Assembly: GCA_002414905.1 (NCBI GenBank)
Contig: DIAY01000014.1
Location: forward strand, 741-64,740
Source of the DNA: Holophagales bacterium UBA5066
GTDB taxonomy: Bacteria > Acidobacteriota > Thermoanaerobaculia > UBA5066
DNA: 64,000 nucleotides
Direction of reading: 5' to 3'
Numbering within the stretch: position 1 is the first letter of the stretch; each line of letters begins with the position of its first letter. Positions 46,189 to 54,976 of this stretch are shown here, piece by piece. The position numbers and the translations under genes are program-made. The notes below the pieces were generated by a model that had not been told where the DNA came from, searched no databases, and saw only the letters and a list, made by a program, of their open reading frames with translations.

Positions 46189-47409
46189 ATGAAGCTCGTC
46201 CCTCTCGTCGTTCTGGCGGTAACACTTCTCTCTGCACCTGCGACCCGGGCCGAGGATCGCCGCGACGGGGTCGTCTTCGCCGAGGAGAAAGACGCAAAGC
46301 TCGAGGCGATCAAGACCGAGGTGAGGAAGAAGGAGAAGCCTCCCGCAAAGGTTGCGATGTGGGTCGATTTCGCCGCGGTCGACCCGCCGAAGGCCGTCTC
46401 GGAGTTCACGAAGGTCTGGCATCAGTCTCCCGTCTGCCAGGGGCTCTCCGGCATGTGCTGGTGCTTCGCGACGACGTCGTTTCTCGAGTCGGAGGTCTAC
46501 CGCCTCACGAAGCGGGAGCTGAGGCTCTCGTCGCTTCACACCGTCTACTGGGAGCACGTCGAGAAGGCCCGGGGCTGGGTGCGGTCGCGCGGGACATCCG
46601 TCTACGGCGAAGGCTCGCAGCCCGCGGCCGTTCTCCGCACCCTCCGGAACCACGGTGCCGTCCCCGCCGACGCTTACACCGCTCTGCCCGAGGGCCGAAA
46701 GGACCACGACCACCAGTCGACCGTCTACGCCGAGATCAGGGCCTACCTCGACGGCGTGAAGACCGCGGGCGCCTGGAACGAAGAGGTCGTCGCCTCGACC
46801 GTCCGCGCGATCCTCGACCACCATCTCGGCGCTCCGCCCGAGACGGTCGTCGTGAACACAGAGACGCTGACGCCGCAGGAGTACCTCGCGAAAGTCGTGC
46901 GCCTGAATCCGGACGACTACGTCAGCTTCGTCTCCACGATGGCGAATCCGTACGGGGAGAGGGTCGAATATGCGGTCCCCGACAACTGGTGGCACGGCAA
47001 GGAGTACGTCAACGTGCCGCTCGACGTCTTCCTCCCGGCGATCAAGGGGGCCATCCGGAACGGCTACTCGGTCGTGATCGCGACCGACATGTCGGAGCCG
47101 GGCTACTCGATCGGCCCTCCCGGAATCGCCGTCGTCCCGTCCTGGGACATCCCCTCTGCGTACATCGACGAGGCGGCCCGGCAGTTCCGCTTCAGCAACG
47201 GCAGCACGACGGACGACCACGACCTCCACGTCGTCGGGATCACGAAGAGGAACGGCAAGGACTGGTTCCTCGTGAAGGATTCCTGGTCGAGCTCGTGGAA
47301 CAACGACCACCCCGGCACCTACTTCTTCCACGAGGACTACGTGAAGCTGAAGGTCCTCGCCTTCCTCGTCCACAAGGACGCCGTCAAGGGAGTAAAGGGA
47401 GTCAACTAA
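46189..47409 (+). CDS. Secreted C1 (papain-like) cysteine peptidase, aminopeptidase C/bleomycin-hydrolase-like
   Basis: SD GGAGG plus ATG. Signal peptide MKLVPLVVLAVTLLSAPATRA. Motifs QGLSGMCWCFATTSF (Gln/Cys), DHDLHVVG (His) and VKDSWSSSW. Confidence 0.85.
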   Translation: MKLVPLVVLAVTLLSAPATRAEDRRDGVVFAEEKDAKLEAIKTEVRKKEKPPAKVAMWVDFAAVDPPKAVSEFTKVWHQSPVCQGLSGMCWCFATTSFLESEVYRLTKRELRLSSLHTVYWEHVEKARGWVRSRGTSVYGEGSQPAAVLRTLRNHGAVPADAYTALPEGRKDHDHQSTVYAEIRAYLDGVKTAGAWNEEVVASTVRAILDHHLGAPPETVVVNTETLTPQEYLAKVVRLNPDDYVSFVSTMANPYGERVEYAVPDNWWHGKEYVNVPLDVFLPAIKGAIRNGYSVVIATDMSEPGYSIGPPGIAVVPSWDIPSAYIDEAARQFRFSNGSTTDDHDLHVVGITKRNGKDWFLVKDSWSSSWNNDHPGTYFFHEDYVKLKVLAFLVHKDAVKGVKGVN

Positions 47410-47426
47410 AAGAGGTCAAACCAAAA

Positions 47427-47550
47427 CGGGGTCAGGTCTTGATTTTCTAATATACGAAGCCGCTCCCCGGCAGCCGCCAGACAGCGACGTCGTCCGCCTG
47501 AGTCCCTCCGGGAGGACCGCCCTAGAGTAGAGAATCAAGACCTGACCCCG
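47427..47550. repeat. 23-bp inverted repeat (1 mismatch) flanking a 78-nt spacer
   Basis: Left arm cggggtcaggtcttgattttcta (47427-47449). Right arm tagagaatcaagacctgaccccg (47528-47550). The right arm contains the stop codon of the M50B-like gene. On the minus strand the structure is followed by ttttggtttgacctctttt. Confidence 0.8.
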
Positions 47551-48227
47551 ATCCGGCGGACCCCGATCTGGCGGAGGGATGTGATGGCGACGAGGACCGA
47601 GGCGGCGAGCCAGAGGACGCCCCAGGCGATCGCTGGGATGCCGGTCATCCGCGCCAGGGTGCTTGCGTCGCTCGCGGGGACGGAGCGGAGGATCAGGTCC
47701 GAAACGATGTCCCACGGGGCGTAGAGGAGGCTCGTGACGCCGAGGAGGCGCAGAACGAAGCTCGACGCGCCCTCGGGGAGCCAGCGGGCCACGGCGAGGA
47801 GGAGCGCGCCCGCTATGAGGCCGTAGGCGAAGCCAAAGGCGCTCCTCACGTAGACGAGAGACAGCAGGACCAGCGCGCCGCCGAGGAGACCCGTCACCGC
47901 CCGGTGGGTACGCGGCTTTCCGCTCACGCCGAGGACGAGGAAGAGCGCGCCGAACAGGGCGCTTCCGAGGTAGCCCGCCGAGGAGATGACGAAGCGCCAG
48001 CCGCCGGCAGTCGTGCAGAACCCTCCCTCCCGCGGCGAGAGCTCGATCGAGACGATGCGCCCGCCGGTCAGGACCGCCGCGAGACCGTGCGAGACCTCGT
48101 GGAGGAGGACGACGAAGATCCGGAGCGGCCAGACGAAGATCGTCGACCAGAAGGCGTAGACGAGAAGCGCGAGCAGAAGCGGCACGAGGAGCCGCTTCCA
48201 CCCGCCTTTCGACGCCGCCGCCGCCAC
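47535..48227 (-). CDS. Peptidase M50B-like integral membrane protein
   Basis: Trimmed from ORF 47535..49679 to the GTG at 48227, 2 nt after the upstream stop. HEVSHG (HExxH) lies within a TM segment; about 6 TM segments in total. Confidence 0.7.
   Translation of the reverse strand: MAAAASKGGWKRLLVPLLLALLVYAFWSTIFVWPLRIFVVLLHEVSHGLAAVLTGGRIVSIELSPREGGFCTTAGGWRFVISSAGYLGSALFGALFLVLGVSGKPRTHRAVTGLLGGALVLLSLVYVRSAFGFAYGLIAGALLLAVARWLPEGASSFVLRLLGVTSLLYAPWDIVSDLILRSVPASDASTLARMTGIPAIAWGVLWLAASVLVAITSLRQIGVRRIGVRS
47544..47573. repeat. 15-bp direct tandem duplication at the 3' end of the M50B-like gene
   Basis: gaccccgatccggcg / gaccccgatctggcg, encoding ..IGVRRIGVRS-stop. The first copy overlaps the right arm of the inverted repeat. 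Confidence 0.8.
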
Positions 48228-48229
48228 GC

Positions 48230-50005
48230 TCAGGCCGCGTACTTCTCGAGGACTCCCGAAACGACGCGACGCGAGAGGCCGTGGTACGTCGGGCTGGCCG
48301 CCGCGAAGATGTCGCGTGCGAGGGCCCGCGTCCGCTCCGTCGCACCAAGCGCCGTGTAAAGAGGCCGGAGGTACTTCATCCGGCCGACCCTCGTGAGGAC
48401 CTCGCGGATCTTTTCGAAGGCGGGTTCGTAGTCGCTCCCGGAGGCGATCACCAGCCACTCGACGAGGAGCTCGTAGTTGCCCTTGCCCATGAGGCCGAAG
48501 GCGGCATCGAGAGCCGCGCAGTCTCCCGTGTTCATCTTCCGCGGGAGCCTCTGGAGGTAGAGAAGTGTCTCGGACGCGTTCCACCCCGCGATCTGCTCGC
48601 TCGCCGGCCGGACGCCCTTCTCCCACCCTTCCGCCAGCGCCGCCAGCGCCTCGAGCTTCTCCGACCGGAAGACGGGGGCGTTGGCCGGCAGCCCGGGTTC
48701 GTCGAGCCACGCGCCGGCATTCACCTTCTCCGCGGTGCCGGGCAGCTTCTGCTCGAGGAACGCGAAGAACTCCTCGGTCGTGATCGACTGGAACCGGAAC
48801 GTCTTCATGTAGTCGGCGAGGAAGGCATCCCACGAGGCGCGCCCGACCGTCCGCTCGAGGAGGACGACGAGGCGCGCCCCCTTCTCGTACGGTACGGAGG
48901 AGAAGGCGTCGTCGGGGTCGACCCCTTGCAGATGCGTCCGGAGTTTCGTGAGCGGCGAGTCGGCGCCGAAGCGGGCAATCGAGTCCTCGAGCGCCTTCTG
49001 CCCGATCGCCCAGGCGATCGTTGCAGCCTCCTCGCCGTGGAGCGCCTCGAGGATCCGCCGTTCGGCCCACACGGTGAATCCTTCGTTCAGCCAGAAGTGC
49101 TCGGCAGTCGCGTTCGTGACGAGGTTCCCCGTCCACGAATGCGCGAGCTCGTGCGCGACGACGTCGACGAGCGAGCGGTCGCCGGCCAGGAGCGTCGGCG
49201 TCAGGAACGTCATCCGCGGGTTCTCCATCCCGCCGTAGGGAAACGACGGCGGCAGGACGAGCATGTCGTAGCGATCCCAGTCGTACGGACCGAAGAGCCC
49301 CTCGGCCTTCACGATCATCTCCTCCACGCCCGCGAACTCCCACGCCGCCTTCTCGACCGTCGCCGGCTCGGCCCAGACGCGGGCCCGCGGCGAGAGGTCG
49401 CGCGATGCGAGGTCGCCGACGGCGAGGGCGAGGAGGTAAGGCGGGATCGCCTGCGGCATGTCGAAGAGGAACGTCCGCGTCCCCTTCCCCGGGAGCACTC
49501 CCGAAGGCCCGGCCGACATGACGGCCGAAAGCGCCTCGGGAACCGTCACCTCCGCGTGATAGGTCACGCGGAAACGCGGAGTGTCCTGGCACGGGACCAT
49601 GGAGCGTGCGTGAATCGCCTGGCACTGGCTGAAGAGGTAGGGGTGCATCTTCCCCTCGGTCTGCGCGGGGTCGAGCCACTGGAGGGCCACGGCGTCCGGG
49701 GCCGTATGGTACTTGACGAGGACCTCGGTCGTGCCGGCAGGAAGCGTCAGTCGCAGACGCCGACCGAGGATCGGGTCATCGGGGCCGGTCTCGAAGGGAA
49801 CGTCCCCGCCCCCCGACCCCGTGACGACGCTGACCGTCAGCCCTTTCGTGTCGAGGTCCATCGGCCCACCGGCCGGCGAGGCCAGCTCGAGAACGGCTCG
49901 CCCGTCGATCCGTTTCCGCTCGAAGTCGACCGCGAGGTGGAGGCGAAGGTGCTTCGTCCGGGGCTGGGCGTCGTCGGCGCAAGAGTGGGGGTCAACGAGG
50001 GCCAT
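48230..50005 (-). CDS. M1 family aminopeptidase (leukotriene A4 hydrolase-like)
   Basis: Trimmed to the ATG at 50005 (SD AAAGGGGAG). Motifs GGMENP and HELAHSWTGNLVT..x..WLNEGFTVWAE (HExxH-x18-E). C-terminal LTA4H-type helical domain. Confidence 0.9.
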   Translation of the reverse strand: MALVDPHSCADDAQPRTKHLRLHLAVDFERKRIDGRAVLELASPAGGPMDLDTKGLTVSVVTGSGGGDVPFETGPDDPILGRRLRLTLPAGTTEVLVKYHTAPDAVALQWLDPAQTEGKMHPYLFSQCQAIHARSMVPCQDTPRFRVTYHAEVTVPEALSAVMSAGPSGVLPGKGTRTFLFDMPQAIPPYLLALAVGDLASRDLSPRARVWAEPATVEKAAWEFAGVEEMIVKAEGLFGPYDWDRYDMLVLPPSFPYGGMENPRMTFLTPTLLAGDRSLVDVVAHELAHSWTGNLVTNATAEHFWLNEGFTVWAERRILEALHGEEAATIAWAIGQKALEDSIARFGADSPLTKLRTHLQGVDPDDAFSSVPYEKGARLVVLLERTVGRASWDAFLADYMKTFRFQSITTEEFFAFLEQKLPGTAEKVNAGAWLDEPGLPANAPVFRSEKLEALAALAEGWEKGVRPASEQIAGWNASETLLYLQRLPRKMNTGDCAALDAAFGLMGKGNYELLVEWLVIASGSDYEPAFEKIREVLTRVGRMKYLRPLYTALGATERTRALARDIFAAASPTYHGLSRRVVSGVLEKYAA

Positions 50006-50097
50006 GTGGCTCCCCTTTCGCTCCCGGCCGGGAACGCGTTCCGGTCCGGGACCACGATTCTGCCCCAACTCGGACTCTCGCTTCGCCGGCCTCCTTC

Positions 50098-52275
50098 TCA
50101 GGGAATGTCCGACAGCGGAATCGAGAAGACGATCTCGTCCTCAACCGGCAGCACGCGCGTCACCGAGAGCTCGGGATTGCGGTCGGGTGCGACGACGAGG
50201 ACTCCGATCGCCGGGAAGCCCGCGAGTCGCATCGTCCCGTCTCTTCGGGCCTGGAGATCGCTTCCAGCCAGTCGGCCCTGATCGCTCGGTCCTGAAAACG
50301 GAATCCCGTCGACCGACACCGCCGGCGCCCAGTCCGTAACGGGACGACCGTCCGGCCTCACGGCCCTCAGCCGAACTGGAGGCCCGGCTGGTGGGAAACG
50401 GACCGTCTGGTCACGAGCTTCAACGAGCCGGAAGAAGACGAGGCGACCGCTCCGATCCCAGGCAAAGAGGCCTGCTCCGTCCGGGACCCGATTCGGCAGG
50501 ACCGCTACCCCGTCCTCGCCTGCGCGAGCATCCCTGAAGCCGGGAATGGATACGGTCGCGCCCGCGGCCGGGGCACCGGAAAGCTCGAAAAGAGAGAGAC
50601 GCCTCCCATCGGCTCGGGTCATGCGGATCTCCGCCAGCTGCTCACGGGTCTCCGAATCCACGGTGATGACGACCGGGTCTGAGGGCTCGTAGCCTTCCGC
50701 GGTTGCCTCCAGCCGGAGGACGCCGTTCGGTAGAGGCGGAAGTGCAGCCTCACCGTCCGCCGAAGCCACGGCGATCCACGTCGAGTTCCCATCTCCGACG
50801 AGCATCGTCCCCGTGACCCTCGCGCCTGGGACAGGACTGCCTCCCGTCAGCTCGACGACCCTGGCTCGCAGATCGTTCTGAGGAATCAGGAATTCCAGGT
50901 CCGTTCCCATCTTCACGGAGGCCACCGTCTCGAGCACGCGACCCTTCGGCGTCTCGATTCGCACCTCGTACTGACCGGGGCGCGGCAGCTCGACCTCGAA
51001 AGCGCCATCCTCGTCCGTCTCGGCCGTAGTCTCCGAGCCCACAGTTGCAGACGCGAACGACAGGCGGACGCCCCCGACCGGGTCGGCTCCTCTCCAGACC
51101 TTCCCTCGCACTTCGACGGGCTTGATTCGAATCGTCCGGTTCAATGGCGCGGCCTTTCGAATGTCCACGCGAAGGACATCCGAAAGCCCCGCACACCTCC
51201 ACTTCAAGGCATAGGTCGTGAGCGCCAGCCGCTCGAAGCGAAAAGAGTCGCTCGCAAGACCGCGGCGCGTCGAGACGGGCGTGCATCGGGAAAGGTCCGG
51301 GGAACCCGTGGAATCCTCGACCTCACGGCAGTCCAGAAGATCCAGCGAAACGGCCTGACCTGCGAATCGCTCCGCCGCATCGAAAGTAACGGTCAGCGGC
51401 GGACGCCGCGCGAGCGGCATGCTCGCCAGACCCAGGGCGGCACGATCGGGAACCCTCACCTTCACGACGTCCGCGGTCGTCCAGGCCAGCGACTCGAGAT
51501 AGACCAACCCCTCCGTGGCCGGAGTGTCGAACCAGAACGCCTCCAGGGACGCGCCCCGCTCGACGACGGTGTCGGCTGGAAAGCGACCTCGGTCCGTGAT
51601 CAGGATCGGGGACAGGGTCCTCCCCTTTTCCTCGAAATCCTCCGGGTATCTGAAGCCAACGTGTAGCTGTCCGAAGTCTCGGCGGAGCCTCGGGAGCGCC
51701 GGGAGCTCGACGAGCTCACTCGCAGCCGGATCAATCTTCATGAAACCAATCAGGCGGCGAGCAGGGTCGAGAACGCCAGCGACCGAAGGCTCCGCAGGCA
51801 CCGAGACGATCGAGGCCTCCCGCCCCATGCGGCGTTGATAGAGCATTCCGGTCTTCGTCGACAAGACATCGATGCGCGAGCCGGCCGGATAGGAGCCCGA
51901 GGGAATATGCAGGAGGCCCGCCCTCACGACCTGAATGCGGAGCTCCTGGATCACGGCGGACGGCTTCCCGTCCGACGTCACGACGGGCCGCGAGGAGGAA
52001 ACGACGTCGTCCGACTTCACATCGAGACGGAACGTCCCGTTTGGAACGACCGTCCTTACCCCCGCCTTGCATCTGAAGGCCGGTGGCGCGTTCTTCGGCA
52101 ACGACACGTCGAAGAAGCCGACCTCCGCATCGAACGCTCCTGTCACGTCCCGGCCCTCCAGGGCAAGTCTGATATCCAACGTCTCCGCAGATGCCGTCGT
52201 CGCCGTCGCGGCGACGAGCCACGCTCCCACGACCGTCGCCATTCCGGCCGCTGTCAGAAGGCGAGTGTGGTTCAT
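50098..52275 (-). CDS. Large secreted protein with repeated carboxypeptidase-regulatory-like/Ig-like beta-sandwich modules
   Basis: Signal peptide ..ATATTASAE. Modules such as VRGKVWRGADPVGGVRLSFAS..TDEDGAFEVELPRPGQYEVRI and ARVVELTGGSPVPGARVTGT..ADGEAALPPLPNGVLRLEATAEGYEP. Confidence 0.65.
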   Translation of the reverse strand: MNHTRLLTAAGMATVVGAWLVAATATTASAETLDIRLALEGRDVTGAFDAEVGFFDVSLPKNAPPAFRCKAGVRTVVPNGTFRLDVKSDDVVSSSRPVVTSDGKPSAVIQELRIQVVRAGLLHIPSGSYPAGSRIDVLSTKTGMLYQRRMGREASIVSVPAEPSVAGVLDPARRLIGFMKIDPAASELVELPALPRLRRDFGQLHVGFRYPEDFEEKGRTLSPILITDRGRFPADTVVERGASLEAFWFDTPATEGLVYLESLAWTTADVVKVRVPDRAALGLASMPLARRPPLTVTFDAAERFAGQAVSLDLLDCREVEDSTGSPDLSRCTPVSTRRGLASDSFRFERLALTTYALKWRCAGLSDVLRVDIRKAAPLNRTIRIKPVEVRGKVWRGADPVGGVRLSFASATVGSETTAETDEDGAFEVELPRPGQYEVRIETPKGRVLETVASVKMGTDLEFLIPQNDLRARVVELTGGSPVPGARVTGTMLVGDGNSTWIAVASADGEAALPPLPNGVLRLEATAEGYEPSDPVVITVDSETREQLAEIRMTRADGRRLSLFELSGAPAAGATVSIPGFRDARAGEDGVAVLPNRVPDGAGLFAWDRSGRLVFFRLVEARDQTVRFPPAGPPVRLRAVRPDGRPVTDWAPAVSVDGIPFSGPSDQGRLAGSDLQARRDGTMRLAGFPAIGVLVVAPDRNPELSVTRVLPVEDEIVFSIPLSDIP

Positions 52276-52539
52276 CGGACACCCCCCGAAGGTCCTCTAT
52301 TGGTCATCCACTCCCTCCATGGAGCTCCACTGGACCCCGGACTCCCGATCGGACGTTCCGTGAGCTCTTCTCGATCGCGTCACGATTGTCGTCCTGGAAG
52401 GGCGGGAGCAGCTCCGAAAGGGAATGCATTTCGCCCGAGCAGAGCGGAGTCTCGCGCACCCGGCTTCGCCGTTTTCAAGTTCGCGGAAGACGTCTTAGAG
52501 AGCCTTGCCGTCCTGCCAATTCTGCCCGGACTCGCCGTT

Positions 52540-52579
52540 GAGGCATCATGAAGCGCTATGCGTGATGCTAAGATGCCTC
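52540..52579 (+). promoter_or_regulatory. Nested palindromes immediately upstream of vapB (operator candidate)
   Basis: gaggcatc (52540-47) pairs with gatgcctc (52572-79). The inner pair is gcatca (52543-48) / tgatgc (52563-68). The structure ends 2 nt before the vapB ATG. Confidence 0.4.
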
Positions 52580-52580
52580 T

Positions 52581-52847
52581 ATGCGAACCACCATGACGCT
52601 CGAATCCGACGTGGCCCGTGCCCTGCGCGAGGAGGTCGCCCGGAGCGGGCGCCCCCTGAAGGCCGTGGTGAACGAGGCGCTCCGGGCCGGGCTCGCCTCC
52701 GGGAAGGCGCGTCCGGCGCGACGGTACAGGCTGAAGCCCGTGTCGCTCGGTGGCGTCCTGCCCGGAGTCGACCTCGACAAGGCCCTGGCGCTCGCCGAGG
52801 TCCTCGAAGACCGCGAGATCGCCCGGAAGCTGGAGATGAGAAAGTGA
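52581..52847 (+). CDS. vapB: Type II antitoxin, VapB-type (ribbon-helix-helix-like N-terminus)
   Basis: 88 aa. MRTTMTLESDVARALREEVARSGRPLKAVVNEALRAGL is typical of VapB partners of PIN toxins. The stop overlaps the vapC start. Confidence 0.75.
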   Translation: MRTTMTLESDVARALREEVARSGRPLKAVVNEALRAGLASGKARPARRYRLKPVSLGGVLPGVDLDKALALAEVLEDREIARKLEMRK

Positions 52848-53269
52848 TCCTCGTCGACGCGAACGTCCTCGTCTACGCGGTCGACTCCGACTCCCACCAC
52901 CACCACGCGGCGCGCCGCTGGCTCGAGGCCGCACTCTCCGGGTCGGCTCCCGTCGGGTTCGCCTGGGTCGTCCTCCTGGCGTTCCTCAGGCTCACGACCC
53001 GTCCGGGAATCCTGCGCAAACCGCTGCCGCCGGAGCGCGCCATGGCCTTCGTCGACGAGTGGCTCGCCCAGCCGAACACCCGGGCCGTCGGACCCGGCGA
53101 GGGGCACTGGGCCGTTCTTCGCGCGCTGCTGAAGTCGGCCGGAACCGCCGGGAACCTCACCTCGGACGCCCACCTCGCCGCGATGGCGCTCGAGCAGGGG
53201 GCGTCGGTCTGCTCCACGGACCGGGACTTCGAACGCTTCCCCGGCGTCGAGCGTGTCGACCCGCTCTGA
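52844..53269 (+). CDS. vapC: Type II toxin VapC, PIN-domain ribonuclease
   Basis: GTG start overlaps the vapB stop (GTGA, 52844-52847). PIN acidic residues lie in ILVDANVLVYA and TSDAHLAAMALEQGASVCSTDRDFERF. Confidence 0.85.
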   Translation: MILVDANVLVYAVDSDSHHHHAARRWLEAALSGSAPVGFAWVVLLAFLRLTTRPGILRKPLPPERAMAFVDEWLAQPNTRAVGPGEGHWAVLRALLKSAGTAGNLTSDAHLAAMALEQGASVCSTDRDFERFPGVERVDPL

Positions 53270-53348
53270 AGCCCGGGCTCGCGCCGCCTCATCCGCGGGC
53301 GTACTCGTGTCCTCGGCCGCCGCCCCTTCCCGTCTATCATCCCTCCCC

Positions 53349-54833
53349 ATGAGCGAAGCCAGGCCGGCCGGCCTCCTGCGGTCCTTCCCGAAGGTCTTCT
53401 GGGTCTCCAACGTCATGGAGCTCTTCGAGCGGGCGGCCTACTACGGCCTCAACTCGGTTCTCGCCGTCTACCTCACGGCGGACGTGGCGAAGGGGGGCCT
53501 CGGCTTCGGCGAGAGCTCGGTCGGGTTCTTGCAGAGCCTCATCTACGCCTGCACCTACGTCGTGCCGATCCTGGGCGGGGCGCTGGCCGACCGCTACGGC
53601 TACCGCCGGATGCTCCTCATCTGCTTCGCCCTTCTCTCGACCGGCTATTTCGCTGCCGGGTACATGTCGTCCTACGCCGCGGTCTTCGCGGCCCTCCTCG
53701 TGATGGCCACGGGGGGCGGGCTCTTCAAGCCGATCATCTCCGGGACGATCGCCCGCTCGACGAACGAGTCGAACTCGGGCTTCGGCTTCGGCATCTACTA
53801 CTGGATGATCAACCTCGGCGCGTTCCTCGCGCCGCTCGTCGTTTCCATCCTGAAGGGATTCTCCTGGCGGTACGTCTTCCTCGCCTCGTCCGCCTACGTC
53901 GCCCTGATGTTCCTGCCGACGATCTTCATCTATCAGGACCCGCCGCTCCCGGAGAACCGCAAGACGATCCGCGAGGTTGCGCAGGGGGCCGCGATGGTTC
54001 TCGGCGACGCGCGCTTCATGCTGATGATCGTCGTCTACTCGCTCTTCTGGATCCTCTACTTCCAGAACTTCGGGTCGGTGCTCTGGTTCCTGCGCGACTT
54101 CATCGACCCCGCGCCGATGAACGCGGTCTTCGCCTCGCTCGGCCTGCCGTTCACGTTCGACGCCGAGTTCGTCACGGTCATCAACGCCGGGACGATCATC
54201 CTGCTCCAGGTCTTCGTGAGCCGCATCGTGAAAGACCTCAAGCCCCTCCCGACGATGCTCGGCGGCGTCGCCATCGGCGCTCTCGGCTTCCTGTGCCTGG
54301 CCTTCGCGCAGAACGTCTGGCTCTTCATTGCCGGCATCGCGGTCTTCTCCGTCGGCGAGATGACGGCCCACCCGAAGTACTACAGCTACGTCGGCCTCGT
54401 CGCCCCGCAGGACAAGAAGGCCGTCTACATGGGCTACGCCTTCCTCTACGGCGTCTTCGGCAGCCTCATCGGCTCCTCGCTCGGCGGCGAGCTCTACGGC
54501 GCCTGGCTGAAGCCCCTCGTCGGGACGCCCGCAGGCCTCATCGCCTCGCGGAACTTCTGGCTCCTCTTCGTCCTTCTCGACATTCTCGCCGTCGTCGGCC
54601 TCTTCTTCTACAACCGCTCGTTCGCCCACGACACCCCCGAGGCGAACGCGAAGGCGCGGCTCGTCATGATCGGCATCTACGGGCTCTTCATCGTCGTCGG
54701 CGTCTTCTTCCTCTGGAAGGCGCTCTTCGGAGGAGCGGAGATCTCCTATAAGACCCTCGTGCAGGCGCTCATCCTGACGCTCCTCGGCGTGGGCGGCGCT
54801 CTGATCAGCCGGGAGAAGCCGGCGACGGCGTAG
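53349..54833 (+). CDS. POT/PTR2 family di-/tripeptide:proton symporter (MFS)
   Basis: Trimmed to the ATG at 53349. Motifs ELFERAAYYG, GGALADRYGYRR and GGGLFKPIISG. About 14 TM segments. Confidence 0.9.
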   Translation: MSEARPAGLLRSFPKVFWVSNVMELFERAAYYGLNSVLAVYLTADVAKGGLGFGESSVGFLQSLIYACTYVVPILGGALADRYGYRRMLLICFALLSTGYFAAGYMSSYAAVFAALLVMATGGGLFKPIISGTIARSTNESNSGFGFGIYYWMINLGAFLAPLVVSILKGFSWRYVFLASSAYVALMFLPTIFIYQDPPLPENRKTIREVAQGAAMVLGDARFMLMIVVYSLFWILYFQNFGSVLWFLRDFIDPAPMNAVFASLGLPFTFDAEFVTVINAGTIILLQVFVSRIVKDLKPLPTMLGGVAIGALGFLCLAFAQNVWLFIAGIAVFSVGEMTAHPKYYSYVGLVAPQDKKAVYMGYAFLYGVFGSLIGSSLGGELYGAWLKPLVGTPAGLIASRNFWLLFVLLDILAVVGLFFYNRSFAHDTPEANAKARLVMIGIYGLFIVVGVFFLWKALFGGAEISYKTLVQALILTLLGVGGALISREKPATA

Positions 54834-54976
54834 GCGGCGAGGCCCCGTTCGAGGCCGTGCCCGGCGTCACGGCACTGGCGGTTCATCCCGGTCGATCCGG
54901 GTGGAAGAAGTGCACGCCGCGCCCGTTCATGGCATGTTCCGGTCGCGGCGGGCCAGACCCGCCAAGGAGAGACTCG

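Noticed and set aside
50031-50042. Perfect 12-bp palindrome ggaacgcgttcc 26 nt upstream of the M1 aminopeptidase start
   Set aside because: It is short and GC-rich and could arise by chance in this composition. There is no second copy or adjacent regulator gene. Noted but not called as an operator.
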